A DNA stretch of 64,000 bases from Plasmodiophora brassicae (Eukaryota): assembly GCA_036867785.1 (NCBI GenBank), contig CP145422.1:62001-126000 (forward strand). Direction: 5' to 3'. The notes under the pieces are model-generated. The model was not told where the DNA came from, ran no database searches, and worked only from the letters and a program-made list of their open reading frames with translations. The position numbers and the translations under genes are program-made. Of the stretch, positions 21,397 to 34,150 are shown in pieces (position 1 is the first letter of the stretch; the number at the start of each line of letters is the position of its first letter).

Positions 21397-23277
21397 ATGA
21401 CCCCCATGCATGTGATTGTGCTCGGAGTGCTCGTCGTCAGCCTTGCTTGTGGGCTGGAGGTTCGCGACCTCAATGGCACCCACATCATGCACGTTGACAG
21501 GTTGGTCGTGAAGACACCAGGTGGTTCAACCTGCTGAGGCCATTAACAGTGTCAACTACGTCCTGGCCAACAATTCGTTCTCGTTCACGGCTCCTGTATT
21601 GATTGTCACAGACCCCGGCACGTTTCATATCGGTGCAGATGCTGAAGGCAAGCTCTTGTTGATGGACATCGATGAAGGAGCAGCCAGCAATGCCGTGAGG
21701 TGGGCTCAAGCCTGCGAGTCGGTTGCTTGCGCAGGGATTGTGTATTACAATCTGAACGATTATATCACCTCCGTTGAACACACCTGGGCACGTACCCGTA
21801 TGCTGGCCAGTACTGATGTTTCTCACGACGATGTCGACAGGTGTTTCGTACCGGACCAACGATTCCCTTCACCAAGGTTCCGATCCTCCTCATCCACCCC
21901 AAGTCTGGCCTCACTGCGGTGCCCTATCTTCTCGCACGTCATGTGCCATTCGCTATGACTGTCCAATCTGGAGACTACAACGTCAACATCGGCTGTGGTT
22001 GTTTCCTGTAATTATCGCTAACCGTCATTTAGGAGGGTTCCCGTTTCACCGCCACGATTTGCTACGTGTTCTACGTTCCGTGCTTCGTGTTGTCTCTGTT
22101 CAATGCCCTTCTTGTTCTCTACCAGCTGTCGAGGTTCCTTGTGTCCGAAAAGGGCAAGATTCGGAGAATCCCAAAGGTGCCTCTCCTCGTAATGTCTACC
22201 GAGTTTGTCGCCACCGTGATGCGGTGCATCTGGATCGGCAATTGCTTGTGAGGGCAATGACCTTGCCATGTCGTGTTGAACAGCTCACTTGTCCACCAGG
22301 TTCGCGAAGAGCCAAGGCATTGAATTCAGCGTCTGGTCTGATTTATGGTAACATCTGCCATTACATGTCAGCGTCTGAGAACCTGCGCAGGCGCTACGTT
22401 GTTCTTGCTTGTGTATCATGGGCGTTTATGGGTACAGCGATTGTGGCGTTCGGTCTGCACGACATGCTGTTCGCCAACTACCCCGGTGGCATGCCTCGCA
22501 AGCACAGGCAAGTCGCATATCCATAGTAGGCTTGCCGAAACCTCATGAGTCCCCGTTCTCCATAGAGTCGGTAGGAATATCCTGGGTGCACTCCTGCTGG
22601 TCCTTTTCTTGTTTGAAGAAATGGCAAACATCCTGCCTGCATTTTTCTACGTTAGCGTGTTCGTGAACGTGACGTACTTTGCTGTCCGTAATCGTGCTTA
22701 CCAACCTAGACATTTTCGGCTAACACTATGTTCCTCTTCCAGATTCTCTACTTCCTGTTCTACTTGCCTATCTGCTTCTGCTTCATCAAGTACGGGCGTA
22801 AAATTTCAAATGAGCTGTTGAAAATGAAAGGGTCGCTCTCGAAAGTGGAGGTCAAGAAACGTGAAGGCTTCGCCCGACGAGTCGTTCAGAGCGGCATTCT
22901 TGGATTCGTTGTCGACTTCGTCACGCTCATTATTGTCTTCACCAACAGTATCAACATCACTGTGTCCATTGTGGGCTTCACGATCAACCTCACCTTTATT
23001 GCTCTGTCTGGCACTGTGCATGTTCTGGTATGTATCGGTCCTCAATTAGCCACGTCTTTGGTTGCGAGTGAATCCTAACCTGTGCGCTGCTTAGTCGTTC
23101 GTTCCGGGACCATCCAAGATGGATGTCATGACTAAGTCGCTGATTGGAACTTCCGTCTTGCGCACGCCCCCTGAAGGAACAAAGTCTCGCGACACGAAGA
23201 ACCTGAGCACATCGAAATCGCAACCCGCAGTTACTGCTCAGGGCATGGTGCCCGCTGTCCCAGGTACGCAAAAGTGA
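21397..23277 (+). CDS. PA-like + 7TM GPCR-like receptor, copy 3
   Basis: Same exon structure as copies 1 and 2; two introns appear to use GC donors. Confidence 0.75.
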
Positions 23278-23633
23278 CATCGATCTGCTGCCGTCCCGAG
23301 GAGCCCAACATCCCATTGCTACAACAATTGCCCCCAGTTCCAAATAAAGCTTCTTGAATGTTGTCCCAGGGACGTCCGAGTTATGACCGGCAATTCGCTT
23401 GGATTTCGAAGGGCGCTGGTACGGTAGTCTCGTTCCAGCAGAGTTTAGGCATCACCTACTCTACGGCTATACGAAGGACATGACTTGCGCCATCTATGAT
23501 GATTCTTGGCCCTTCGACCGTGTCGGAAGGACGGATAGTGTGTACAGAGACTGAAAAGGGGAGCAGCTCGGGACGGGTTGCTCCTATGGTCGACCGTTGT
23601 GTGACCAGAGAGACTGAGACAGATCGCCACCCA

Positions 23634-24854
23634 ATGGACCGAACGTCACCGTTGCGGGCGTCGCGCGACCTGGCGGCGTACGTCGAGAAGCGCGAGGCGC
23701 AGATGGTACGAGCCAGGGAGATTCGCACAGCCCGCCTGAACAACAAGTCGTCGGATGTGCCCGGCGACACCGATAGACATCCCCGCACCAACTTGACGTT
23801 CTCTCCTCATCGCGGGCCGCCGACACCCACGAAAGTTTCGAAAGCAGACCTGGTTGGACGTGTCATCGACCTCGAGGAGGAGTCGCGCGTGTTAAAGGAG
23901 GAAAACGCGCGTCTCCGTCAACAGCTCGACGACCTCGCTGCTCGTCTCGACCAGTTCGAATTGCGGTCAGCCCGAACGGTCTCCGATGAAGGGCAACCGC
24001 CTCTGCGGCCTTCCCTAGTGAAACATGACCTCGACGATTCGTCTGCCGCCCCGAAGCGTAAACAAGGGAGAAACGTCCGGAAAGCGTCACCACCGCCTAT
24101 GGACTTTTCCATCGACCCGTACGACGACGACGACATAGCGTATCGACCACCACCAGTTACCGCCAAGCGGGATCGCGGCAAACCTCGTCGGAAACACTCG
24201 CCCCCGGCGATGGACTTCGCAATGGGTGCACCCGGCGATGACAAGCCCACCGAAGAGGATCGCCCATCGACTAAGCGGCAGACACACAAGCCTGAACTTC
24301 CTGTTGATATACCGATTCGACCCGCTGCGGGTCCGATCGCCGTCGAAGATGACACGACGGCAGCGCCCCAGGTCCTGCACCCTTGCAAGACATGTGGGCG
24401 GTCGTTCCGCGCAGAGTCGCTCGCGAAGCACTCCGCCAACTGTATCAAGGTAGCCGTGCATAACAGCATCCACTTCGTTCTGGTCTGATGTCGCCTGATC
24501 CGCTAGGTGTTCCATTCGAAGCGGAAAGCGTTTAAGGTGGAGGTGTTGAGCAAGGAGGATGCTGCGTCGCTTCGTCTGGCGCAAAGGTCGGCCCCGGCAT
24601 CGACGCCGACAAAGAGCCCGGGGCGTGCTGTGCCGAAATGGCGCCAGGATCGCGAGCGCTTGCGCCGCGCGATGAAAACGACGACCGCATCCGGCGATGC
24701 ACGGTCCCCTGGTGCGGCTATCGACGACGGCCGCGTACCCTGCCCGCACTGTGCCCGCATGTTCAGCGCCATGGCCGCCGATCGGCACATCCCCATCTGC
24801 CTGAAGACCAAGCATCGCCCATCGACCCTCGTCCGCAAGCACACCGCCTACTGA
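23634..24854 (+). CDS. C2HC zinc-finger protein (ZC2HC1-like), one intron
   Basis: PCKTCGRSFRAESLAKHSANC, PKWRQDRERLRRAMK, VPCPHCARMFSAMAADRHIPIC. Confidence 0.85.
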
Positions 24855-24962
24855 ATGAGCGATACACCACGAGAACGTTCCTTCCGCATGTATTGCTTGC
24901 CATGGACCAGAGTGCCCCCACTGTCAAGCAGCGGTGCGACGGCCTTTGCGGGTGCGTGTCTG

Positions 24963-26273
24963 ATGGCGGCGCACGGTGACGAACTGGACGCGCTCATCAG
25001 CGGCGCCATCGCAGGTGGGTCGAGCCATGCGCGCACCCGTTTCGTCGGCGTCAAACACCGGGCGTGTCGCAGGCGGGGTCGCCCGATGTGTAATCGCGCC
25101 GCTCGACCTGGTCAAGATCAGGTCCGTTCGGTGTCTGGTGCACTCCCTGCGAGACGTGAATAGGTGTCCAGGCTTCAGATCCAGGACGGAGCGGGGCCTC
25201 GGTTGTACACGGGCATCCTGCAGACGATGCGGGAGGTAACGCGATCTGAAGGCGTTGCCGCGCTATGGAAAGGGAATACGTCTGCGCTGCTGATGGTCGT
25301 CCCGTACGCGGCGATTCAGTTTGCTACGTATAACGTGGCACATGAGTATCTCGCCGATCTGTCGCCTGCGTTCGCCAGTCTTGGCGCAGGAAGTGCCGCT
25401 GGGATTACTGCGACAATCGCTACTGTATGGTCGGTCACTGATGATGTTCTTCGGCTATGCCTAACAGTGCCTACGTAGTACCCGCTGGATCTGTTCAGGA
25501 CCCGGATGGCAGCGCAGCACAGGGTCTCCCTCGTTGCGTAGGTTTGGAGTCGGAGGATGGCTAATAACATGTCGGCGCACAGTCGGGCGTCAAGCTCCGT
25601 GCGACGCTGATGGGAGCCTGGAACTCTGGGGGAGTATCCGGTCTGTACCGAGGCCTGTGGCCCACTTTGGTTGGGATCGCGCCGTACGCTGCTCTCCAGT
25701 TTTTCATTTATGAGCAGCTGAACGTTCACGGGGCGGTCAGTTGAATCGTTGACGTGAGTGCTGGCCTATCATCGCCTGACGCCCTGTCGCGTGCGCAGAC
25801 CATTCTGAAACGGCTCAAGTGCGAGGATTTCGCAAGCGGATGGCATTTCTGTTCCGGGTTCCTGGCTGGCGTTGGCAGCAAAACTTTGACGATGCCGTTC
25901 GACGTCGTTAAGAAGCGGTTCCAAGGTGACCGTTTTCGCACGGCTACTCGGTTGTGCTTTCTGATGGGAGAGCGTTCCAGTTCGTGAGTACGAGTGGCGC
26001 CGTGGCGATTCATTGGGTTCATCGAACCCGAAGCCGACCGGCGTCTTCCGCTGTGCCGTGGATATCGTTCGGACAGAGGGCGTTCTAGCGCTTTACAAAG
26101 GCACTGCCGCAAGCATCGCCAAGGCAGCGCCGAATAGGTCGTCTCTGTGCCGTCTCGTTGACGGTCATGCTCGCTTACCCTTCTACAGTGCTGTGACGTT
26201 CTTCGTGTTCGAAACGTGCCGCAATGCCATCAGATATTGCCGGCAACGGTTCTCATCTGATGCGCTGCGGTGA
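24963..26273 (+). CDS. Mitochondrial carrier (SLC25), thiamine pyrophosphate carrier-like, spliced
   Basis: Three PxDxxK/R repeats (APLDLVKIR, YPLDLFRTR, MPFDVVKKR); WKGN...YAAIQF. Confidence 0.85.
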
Positions 26274-26416
26274 CACCTGCCCGTTTAATGAAAGGTGCCT
26301 ACTGTGAACCCCACTTGTCTCACTGCACTCGGAGGCGTCGTCGTGGTGCCCGCCGTCGCACTCGCCCCTGCGAGGTCGGCGCCGTCGCGGACCGCCCGAT
26401 TTGCGCCACGACGACG

Positions 26417-28389
26417 ATGTCAACCGGGGCGGTGGGGCGTCGGCGGCGACGCCTGCGGGAACGGTCCGACTCGAGCGACGGGGACGGTTGGGAGGCGCGC
26501 CCGGCCTCACCGGGCGTGCGGCGTCGCCGAGGCGCCGACCAGCGCCTGCTCTGGGTGGACAAGTACGCTCCCGACGCTGCCGTAGGTGACCCAGCTCGAC
26601 GCGAACCGGCCCGTGCTGAGGTGGCTCGCCTGGCAGGGGGACCTGTGCGTGCACGCGAGGAAACTGGGCGAGCTTCGGCAATGGCTGGCGCGAGGTCGCG
26701 GTGGCGTCCTGATCGTGTCGGGTCCGGCCGGATCCGCGAAATCCACCTGTCGGCACCGCAATGCCCGCCCCTTGCGGCCGCCTCGCTGTGTGGCTGACAC
26801 GGGTCCTTCCAGCGATCTCCGTCCTGGCCAGCGAGTTGCAGTACTCGGTCGTCTACTGGAACGAATCGTTCGATCTGTCGTCGCACGCGTTCACCGTGCG
26901 AGAACAGAGCCGTCGTGGTACGTACGGCGGGTTCCGCGTCGGCAACACGCTCACCGAACTCGTATCGTAGAACGAGACACAGACCGGTGCGTTGATCGCG
27001 AGTCGCGCCTGGCGTCGTTCCGGCGGTTCCTGTCGCAGTCGCAGCGATACGGTTCGCTGGCGTTTGGCAGCGGGTCGAGGAAGCTGGTCGTCGTGGACGA
27101 GCTTCCGCTGCTGGCGAAACCGGCACAGGTCGACGAGTTTCGTACGGCGTGTCGGTCGGCGTTCCAGGCGTCCCGCTTCCCGATCATATTCGTCTTGACG
27201 AGCGAGTTCGAGAATCGGCAGACGGCGCAGCGCGTGTTCGGCAGTGACCTGCTAGCCAGCCCGAACGTCGCACAGATCAGGTCAGTCGTCGTCTCATGAA
27301 CTCCCCTATTGTTCGATGCCGACTGTCGCCAGGTTCAATGCAGTAAGCGCGACTGGCATGCGGAAGGCTCTGCGTCGCGTGGCAGATGGCGAAGGCTTTC
27401 TGCTGGGCAAGGACGCGATTGAGCGGATCGTTGCCGCTTCGAATGGCGACGTTCGCAGTGCGATACACCAACTCCAGTTCGACCAGGTTGATCGGTCGTT
27501 CTGGTGGCTTTTGACACACGCGCGCCATGCTGAATTTACTGGCAGGTCGCGTGCACGGATGATGGTGCCACCGTCGAGAAGGACATGGGGCTGTCCGTGT
27601 GCCATGCACTTGGCAAAGTTCTATACGGGAAGGTCAGCCATGTCGACGAGTTCGAGCGGATCATTGAGCGATGCGACATTGGCGACGGTCTCTTCTGTGA
27701 GCATCTCCACGTACGTCGCCTATGCCCACCTGATGCTCCTGTCTTATTTGCATCCAGGAGAACTACCTTCGCTTCCTGAAGATGTCAGTCGAGGCGCAGC
27801 GTGACACTGCATCTGCATTCAGCGATGCTGACCTGATGTCCCAGGTATCGTGCAGATTTCCAGAGCGTATTCGTTGCCTGACTTACCCGTCCACAAGGCG
27901 TATGGCCGTTCCCTGCCGTCGTATGCGAGCGTGATAGGCTGCCTGGCGTACTCCCTGTCTCGTCGACGAGATTCGACATCATCACCACCTCCGTCCTGGC
28001 AGGTTCTCCTTCGACTGCTTTCAATGTCGCTTCCCATGCTTGCGTTTACTGGTTCTGTCACAGCCGTTGCGCTCTCCGTTGTCACGGGAAATGCGAATCG
28101 GCATCGATGGGCGGAAAAGCGATCTTCGTGACTTCTGTCGAGACAACCCGACACAAGGTTGGGATCGCACGTTACGGATGCTAGGTCATCACTTACCCGG
28201 TGCGCGTGTGTGTGTGTGTGCGTGACAGCGCTTCAGACCGTCAACCCGGATGCATCGTCCATGTGGACGGATACGCTGCCGTACATGGCGCTAATCATGC
28301 CTCCCAATCGGCTTCTGTATCACATTCGATCGTACTCGGCACCGGGTGCACATCCCGCAGTATCCCACTCCAACGTTCTGCCGTCCTGA
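26417..28389 (+). CDS. RAD17: Checkpoint clamp loader RAD17, spliced (3' end uncertain, may run to ~28579)
   Basis: LWVDKYAP, DLCVHARK...WL, VLIVSGPAGSAKST, VVVDELP, SNGDVRSAIHQLQF, KDMGLSVCHALGKVLYGK. Confidence 0.85.
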
Positions 28390-29167
28390 TTCCAGGCACA
28401 AACGTCGTCTCGGGATGTCCATGGTACGTCATGAGACTCGTCTCCCAAGAACCAGCTGTGCTGAACGGCCTGCAGGATTTACTATCCGTTATTTGCGGAA
28501 CAGCGAAGAGCCTGCAGAGGCCATAACCGAAGTCAACACTGTGACCCCGCCTCGAGTCGAGGTCTGCTTCGACCTATAGCAATAACGCCTTGGTCGCTGC
28601 GCTGGGAATACACGGCCTTGGTAGTAGATTCGGCTTCATGCATGTATGCTCTACGGCACCTGGCAGCGTCACATTGTCTGGGAAGCAGCAATTCGATCGA
28701 GACCGTCTGGCGCGTTTGAGGAGCAGATCGAAACAATACGCGCGGGAAACACCCCATTCGCACGGCTGGACCTGTGGACTGCAGGGCTTTCGATGGACGG
28801 CCGCTTCCTGCGCACTTGCCACCGCATGCCATGCTGCCGCCGTTCTTGCGATTGAGGGCAGATCCGCCCCACAGGTAACGTTACAGTTGATGTTGGACGA
28901 ACCCACTGACGCAGTTTACGCTCGAACGCACTGGCCGCACTTCGCGATAGTACTGACGCAGTTTTCCGCGCCCACTGGGACCAACTACCCCGGACCTCCC
29001 GTCAAACGCTGGCGCCAGGCCGTATCGCATCGCGCGCACTTTCAAGCAGTGCGCGAGCCAGTCCGGACGGACGGACAGGGCGGCAATCAGGAAGTGAGGC
29101 GCTGCCAAACGCAGAAGACGTAGGAGATTTCCAAGCAGCTGCATCGGCATCTATCAGCGACGCCACC

Positions 29168-30562
29168 ATGTCCATCAGCAATCTCATTCGACCCAGCGGT
29201 ACGACAGCGACGTCCCTGATCCTGGTCACCGGTCTCTTCGCTGGGATCCTGCACGTCGCCATGGCGTCCCCTCCGCACGGCACCAATGACGACTCTGCCG
29301 CCACATGTCCGGGCGACACGGATGGCCACCCGGCCTTCGCTGCATCAGACATCAACAGCTGGGACGTCATCGCTGCTATGAGCTGCGGGCGCTCAACCCA
29401 GGGTAGCGCCCAACAGGCCGTCGACCGCGCTCCAGGCATGGTACGGCTTATGCAGACGGCTCGGACAGCTACCGAAAGACGGGCTATAGCTGATAAGCTT
29501 CGTGAACACCTCCTTACATGTTCCGGTCGACCAGTCGCCATCGGGTCCTTGATCTGCAGGGCGCGATGGCACGACCGTCAATCTTTGCTGCATTGGGCCG
29601 CGTTTCACGGAGAGAAAGACATTGCTGAGTTCGTGTTAAGTGCCCCGGGAGTTGCCGTCAATGCGAGAGGGGCGAGCCGGCGGACACCTCTGCACCTGGC
29701 CGCACATCAGGGGAATTGTGATATTGTCGAATTGCTGATGACCACACCCGGAATCGACTTTAACCCACGCGATAAGGACCGGAGATTGCCACTGCACTTG
29801 GCCGTGATGAATGAGAAGCACAAAGTCGTCAAAATCCTGGTGCGTGATGCTGGCCTGGTGAACATCAACGGCTTGGACTCAAACGGGAAAACACCTCTGG
29901 AGTGCGCGATAGAGGGTTGGAATGCGTGGCCCTCCGATACTGGTCTCCGCATCGTCCAGGACCTGCTCAAGGCCGGCTGCCTTCTCGGTACAAAGGATTA
30001 CACGGTCCTGTACTGGGCCGTGAACAACAACCATAGTCGAATTGCCACGAAATTGCTCAAGAAGCAGTGGATCGATGTCAACGCTGGAGGTCAACGTATG
30101 CCATCACCACTGTACCAGGCCGTGGAGACGCAAAACTCGGACATGGTCAGACTGTTGCTCAAGCATCGCAAGATCGATCCGAACCGTGACAATCCCTTAC
30201 TGCTGGCCGTCGAAACAGAAAGCTATGACATGATCAACATGTTGCTCAAGCACTGGCAAATCGATGTGCACCGCGGCATTCTAAAGGCCGTCAAGAACGG
30301 CGCCCCTGAGATCGCTGAATTGCTCATCAACAAGTGCCCGATGCTCGACGTCACAAGCCAAGCGTTCCGCAATGCGCTGGTCATTGCCAAGAGGCAGCAG
30401 TATGCAGACCTCATTTCGTTGATGGAGGAGCTCGGGGCCCGGCCGTGCGGCCGCCTCGAGCGTTCCGTCTCCAGTACGCGTGCTGCCCTGCAGGAACTCT
30501 ACCCGCTCAGCGTCGCGAGCTTGCACAGTGTACTCGGAAGTATGCACATTCGTAAGCGCTGA
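29168..30562 (+). CDS. Secreted ankyrin-repeat protein, candidate effector
   Basis: Intronless; hydrophobic signal-like N-terminus; ankyrin repeats LLHWAA, TPLHLAA, LPLHLAV, TPLECAI, SPLYQAV. Confidence 0.9.
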   Translation: MSISNLIRPSGTTATSLILVTGLFAGILHVAMASPPHGTNDDSAATCPGDTDGHPAFAASDINSWDVIAAMSCGRSTQGSAQQAVDRAPGMVRLMQTARTATERRAIADKLREHLLTCSGRPVAIGSLICRARWHDRQSLLHWAAFHGEKDIAEFVLSAPGVAVNARGASRRTPLHLAAHQGNCDIVELLMTTPGIDFNPRDKDRRLPLHLAVMNEKHKVVKILVRDAGLVNINGLDSNGKTPLECAIEGWNAWPSDTGLRIVQDLLKAGCLLGTKDYTVLYWAVNNNHSRIATKLLKKQWIDVNAGGQRMPSPLYQAVETQNSDMVRLLLKHRKIDPNRDNPLLLAVETESYDMINMLLKHWQIDVHRGILKAVKNGAPEIAELLINKCPMLDVTSQAFRNALVIAKRQQYADLISLMEELGARPCGRLERSVSSTRAALQELYPLSVASLHSVLGSMHIRKR

Positions 30563-30859
30563 ATGTCGTCGCGTCCTGAACGTACGCCAACGATCGCATT
30601 AAAGAGCTTGGTGATTGGCCAGATAGATATAGCTTGGAAAGGTTGATCGCATCGCTGGAAGCATACCATATCGTAAAATGGGGCTATCGCACGGTACCTG
30701 GTCCTCGCCATTGCCCAGTTATCATATAGCAATCATTGTTAATGCGTTGCCGTACGCCTGTAGGCCAACACGGACGCAAGGGATTTGTGCCTGAGGCACA
30801 GTCCCAACGGCGGTACTGTGACGATGCATGGAGAAGACTTAATTACAAAGAGCGCCCTA

Positions 30860-32754
30860 CTACGTGGTAGATTCAGGGGCAGGGCGTGACCCCTGGAGGA
30901 GCGCCTGGCTTTCTTCGAAGTACGTGTTTGGATGGTTGCCGACACGTTCGGCGTCGTCGGTACGATGTGTGATCTTGAAATACTCACGACAGGCCAGCTG
31001 GTAGTGCTTGTCGCGGACGAGTGATGTAATGCGCCCGATCTGACTATCGGGGATTCGCCGCGATCGTAGCTTGGCCACCAGATGTCGCTCGTCAAAGTGC
31101 CGGAATGGGCAGCCGTGGTGATCCTGAAACAGTCAGCAGCGGGCTCATCAAGGCGCCCGTCCTCGTCCATACCCCTTCGGACGGCGTCGGCCCGTTAATG
31201 ATATGATGGCAAGAGAATGGCGTGTAGTCGGCACGTTTCCCTTCGCGACCGTAATTGTGTCGAATGTTGTACGCATACGCCTTGTCGAAATTCTGGGCAC
31301 CCGGCTTCCGCGAAAAGATCTGATGACAAGCAAAGATGCAGTTAGACCGGAATAAAGACGGGCCCTGTACAGCAACTCACGGTCCTAAAGAAGTAGAGCG
31401 CGTGCTCCAATGACAACCCGCAGCCTTTGAGGAAGAGCCCTGTATCGCATAGCGACGGGTTAACGTCCGCGGCCCCCGTTGTAAGGAATTTCTTACCGAA
31501 TTGCTGCCTGCCGCCATAACGCAAATGAGAATCCCGCATAAGGGCCTCGTACAAGTTCTGCATGCACAGCGGGAACGACGATTCCTGTACGTTGATTCAA
31601 TTACCACATGCGTCGGTTGATTACGTGATGCGGGGAAACGAAGACAGACTGCGAGAGCTGGAATTTCGTCCGGCGTAATCGACCCTGACGATTGCCTTTT
31701 GTACGACGGATTCAGTTCTTGCACACTGAGCTGTTTCAAGAGGATCTCTGTACAGGAATGGGCTATAGGTTCCTGGACAAGTGAACGATCAACCGACGTA
31801 CCTAGTCGTTCGTCGTACTGCTTGGTGGCCATGGCCTGGGCCGCGACGACTAAGGACGCGGACAGAGACGACTTGAACGAGGTCATTATCAATGCCACAA
31901 GGTCCGATTTGGGGACGTAGGCCCATCCTCCGCGAACCAGGATTCGACGACGACCAATCAGGGGCAGCGCCTTCTGAAACCTGACCTGCAACGGAAAGGT
32001 CGGTCCTGTTGGCCACGTCGCTATTCGCGTCTCTGCCTTACCTTGTAATACAGATTGTCGGGTTTGTGCACAGCGAGCTGGGAGAGAAGGTGTTCTAGCC
32101 TTGCTACTTCGTCAGCGTCGCACTGGCCCACATTAATACACGACCGAGCTCGTTGCAGGAACGCCGCAACGATTGTACCTCGACATGTTTGAAGGAGTGG
32201 GCTTCCAGGAAGGCATCCTGTTTGTCGGGAGACGATGCTTCGAATCGCGCCCTGAACAGCTCCGCCTCCATCCTTCGAAACCAGCTCCTCAGTTCCTGTA
32301 AAACAGTTTCGAATGAGAAACAGCGCGTTGTCATCTACGCGGCAGGATCAGCAGCACCTCTGTGTGGCAGAATGCCAGACGCAGAGTGAAATGCGAGATG
32401 AGATCCTTGCGCAGGTAGGCTTCGTGCAGGAGCTGCCGGTCTGTCTCCTCCGACTGGCGGAACGACCGTTCCAGTTCATACACCCGGTCGTTACGCTCGT
32501 TGCGCCCCAGCTTCGACCAGGTCCCGTCGCTGAGCCGGCTATCCAACTTGCGAAGCACTGTGCTTGACTCAGAAACGCAACGTGGGGCGGGCGGCGACGT
32601 CCGTATGCCGACATTCCAGACGGTCGAACGCGAACGATTCGAACTCGTGCAGCGTGATGGGCCCCAGCGGCGGATCCTCGTACAGCGTCAGCGGGCACGA
32701 CCACGACGACGTCTGCTGGACCGGCTGCGGTCGGGCGCCGCCGAACACCTTCAT
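30860..32754 (-). CDS. PRIM2: DNA primase large subunit, spliced
   Basis: [81 protein letters not shown]. Confidence 0.93.
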
Positions 32755-33041
32755 CTGCGCCCGGTCGCCCCGCACGCCGAATTGACAAATGCGACTGCGC
32801 TGGCGGCGCGTTTTGCCCCCCGCTTCGTTTGGCAGCGACTATTAACGCCGCCCGTGTTCATCCGTCAGGGTCGAACGGCGTGCTCGTCTTCCGCTGGGGC
32901 GATTGATTTTCCCACCCACACCCTGTTGCCTACATACGCGCTACGCTTCCCGAACGTGGCCCGTTGTTAATTCCACCCACAGTACGCGGGGGACAACCGA
33001 CGTTTGTATGCACCGGGTGATGGGAATGCAGGGGTGCGCGA

Positions 33042-33987
<946 letters not shown>

Positions 33988-34150
33988 GCCTCGAGAGGTG
34001 CGCCAATCCGCTATGGACACGTTACACAACTCCGCGACCAACGTTACCACCCTGCCTGCGGAGCTGGTTGGCGGACCCCGGAGCTACCGAGCGCACTGCT
34101 GCGGTGACCCCAACGTCTGGTAAGACATACACCGATGGGCTTCACGTGGT

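Noticed and set aside
28590-29150. Possible decayed gene or transposon between RAD17 and the ankyrin gene
   Set aside because: No recognisable motif or terminal repeats; ORFs are short and inconsistent.
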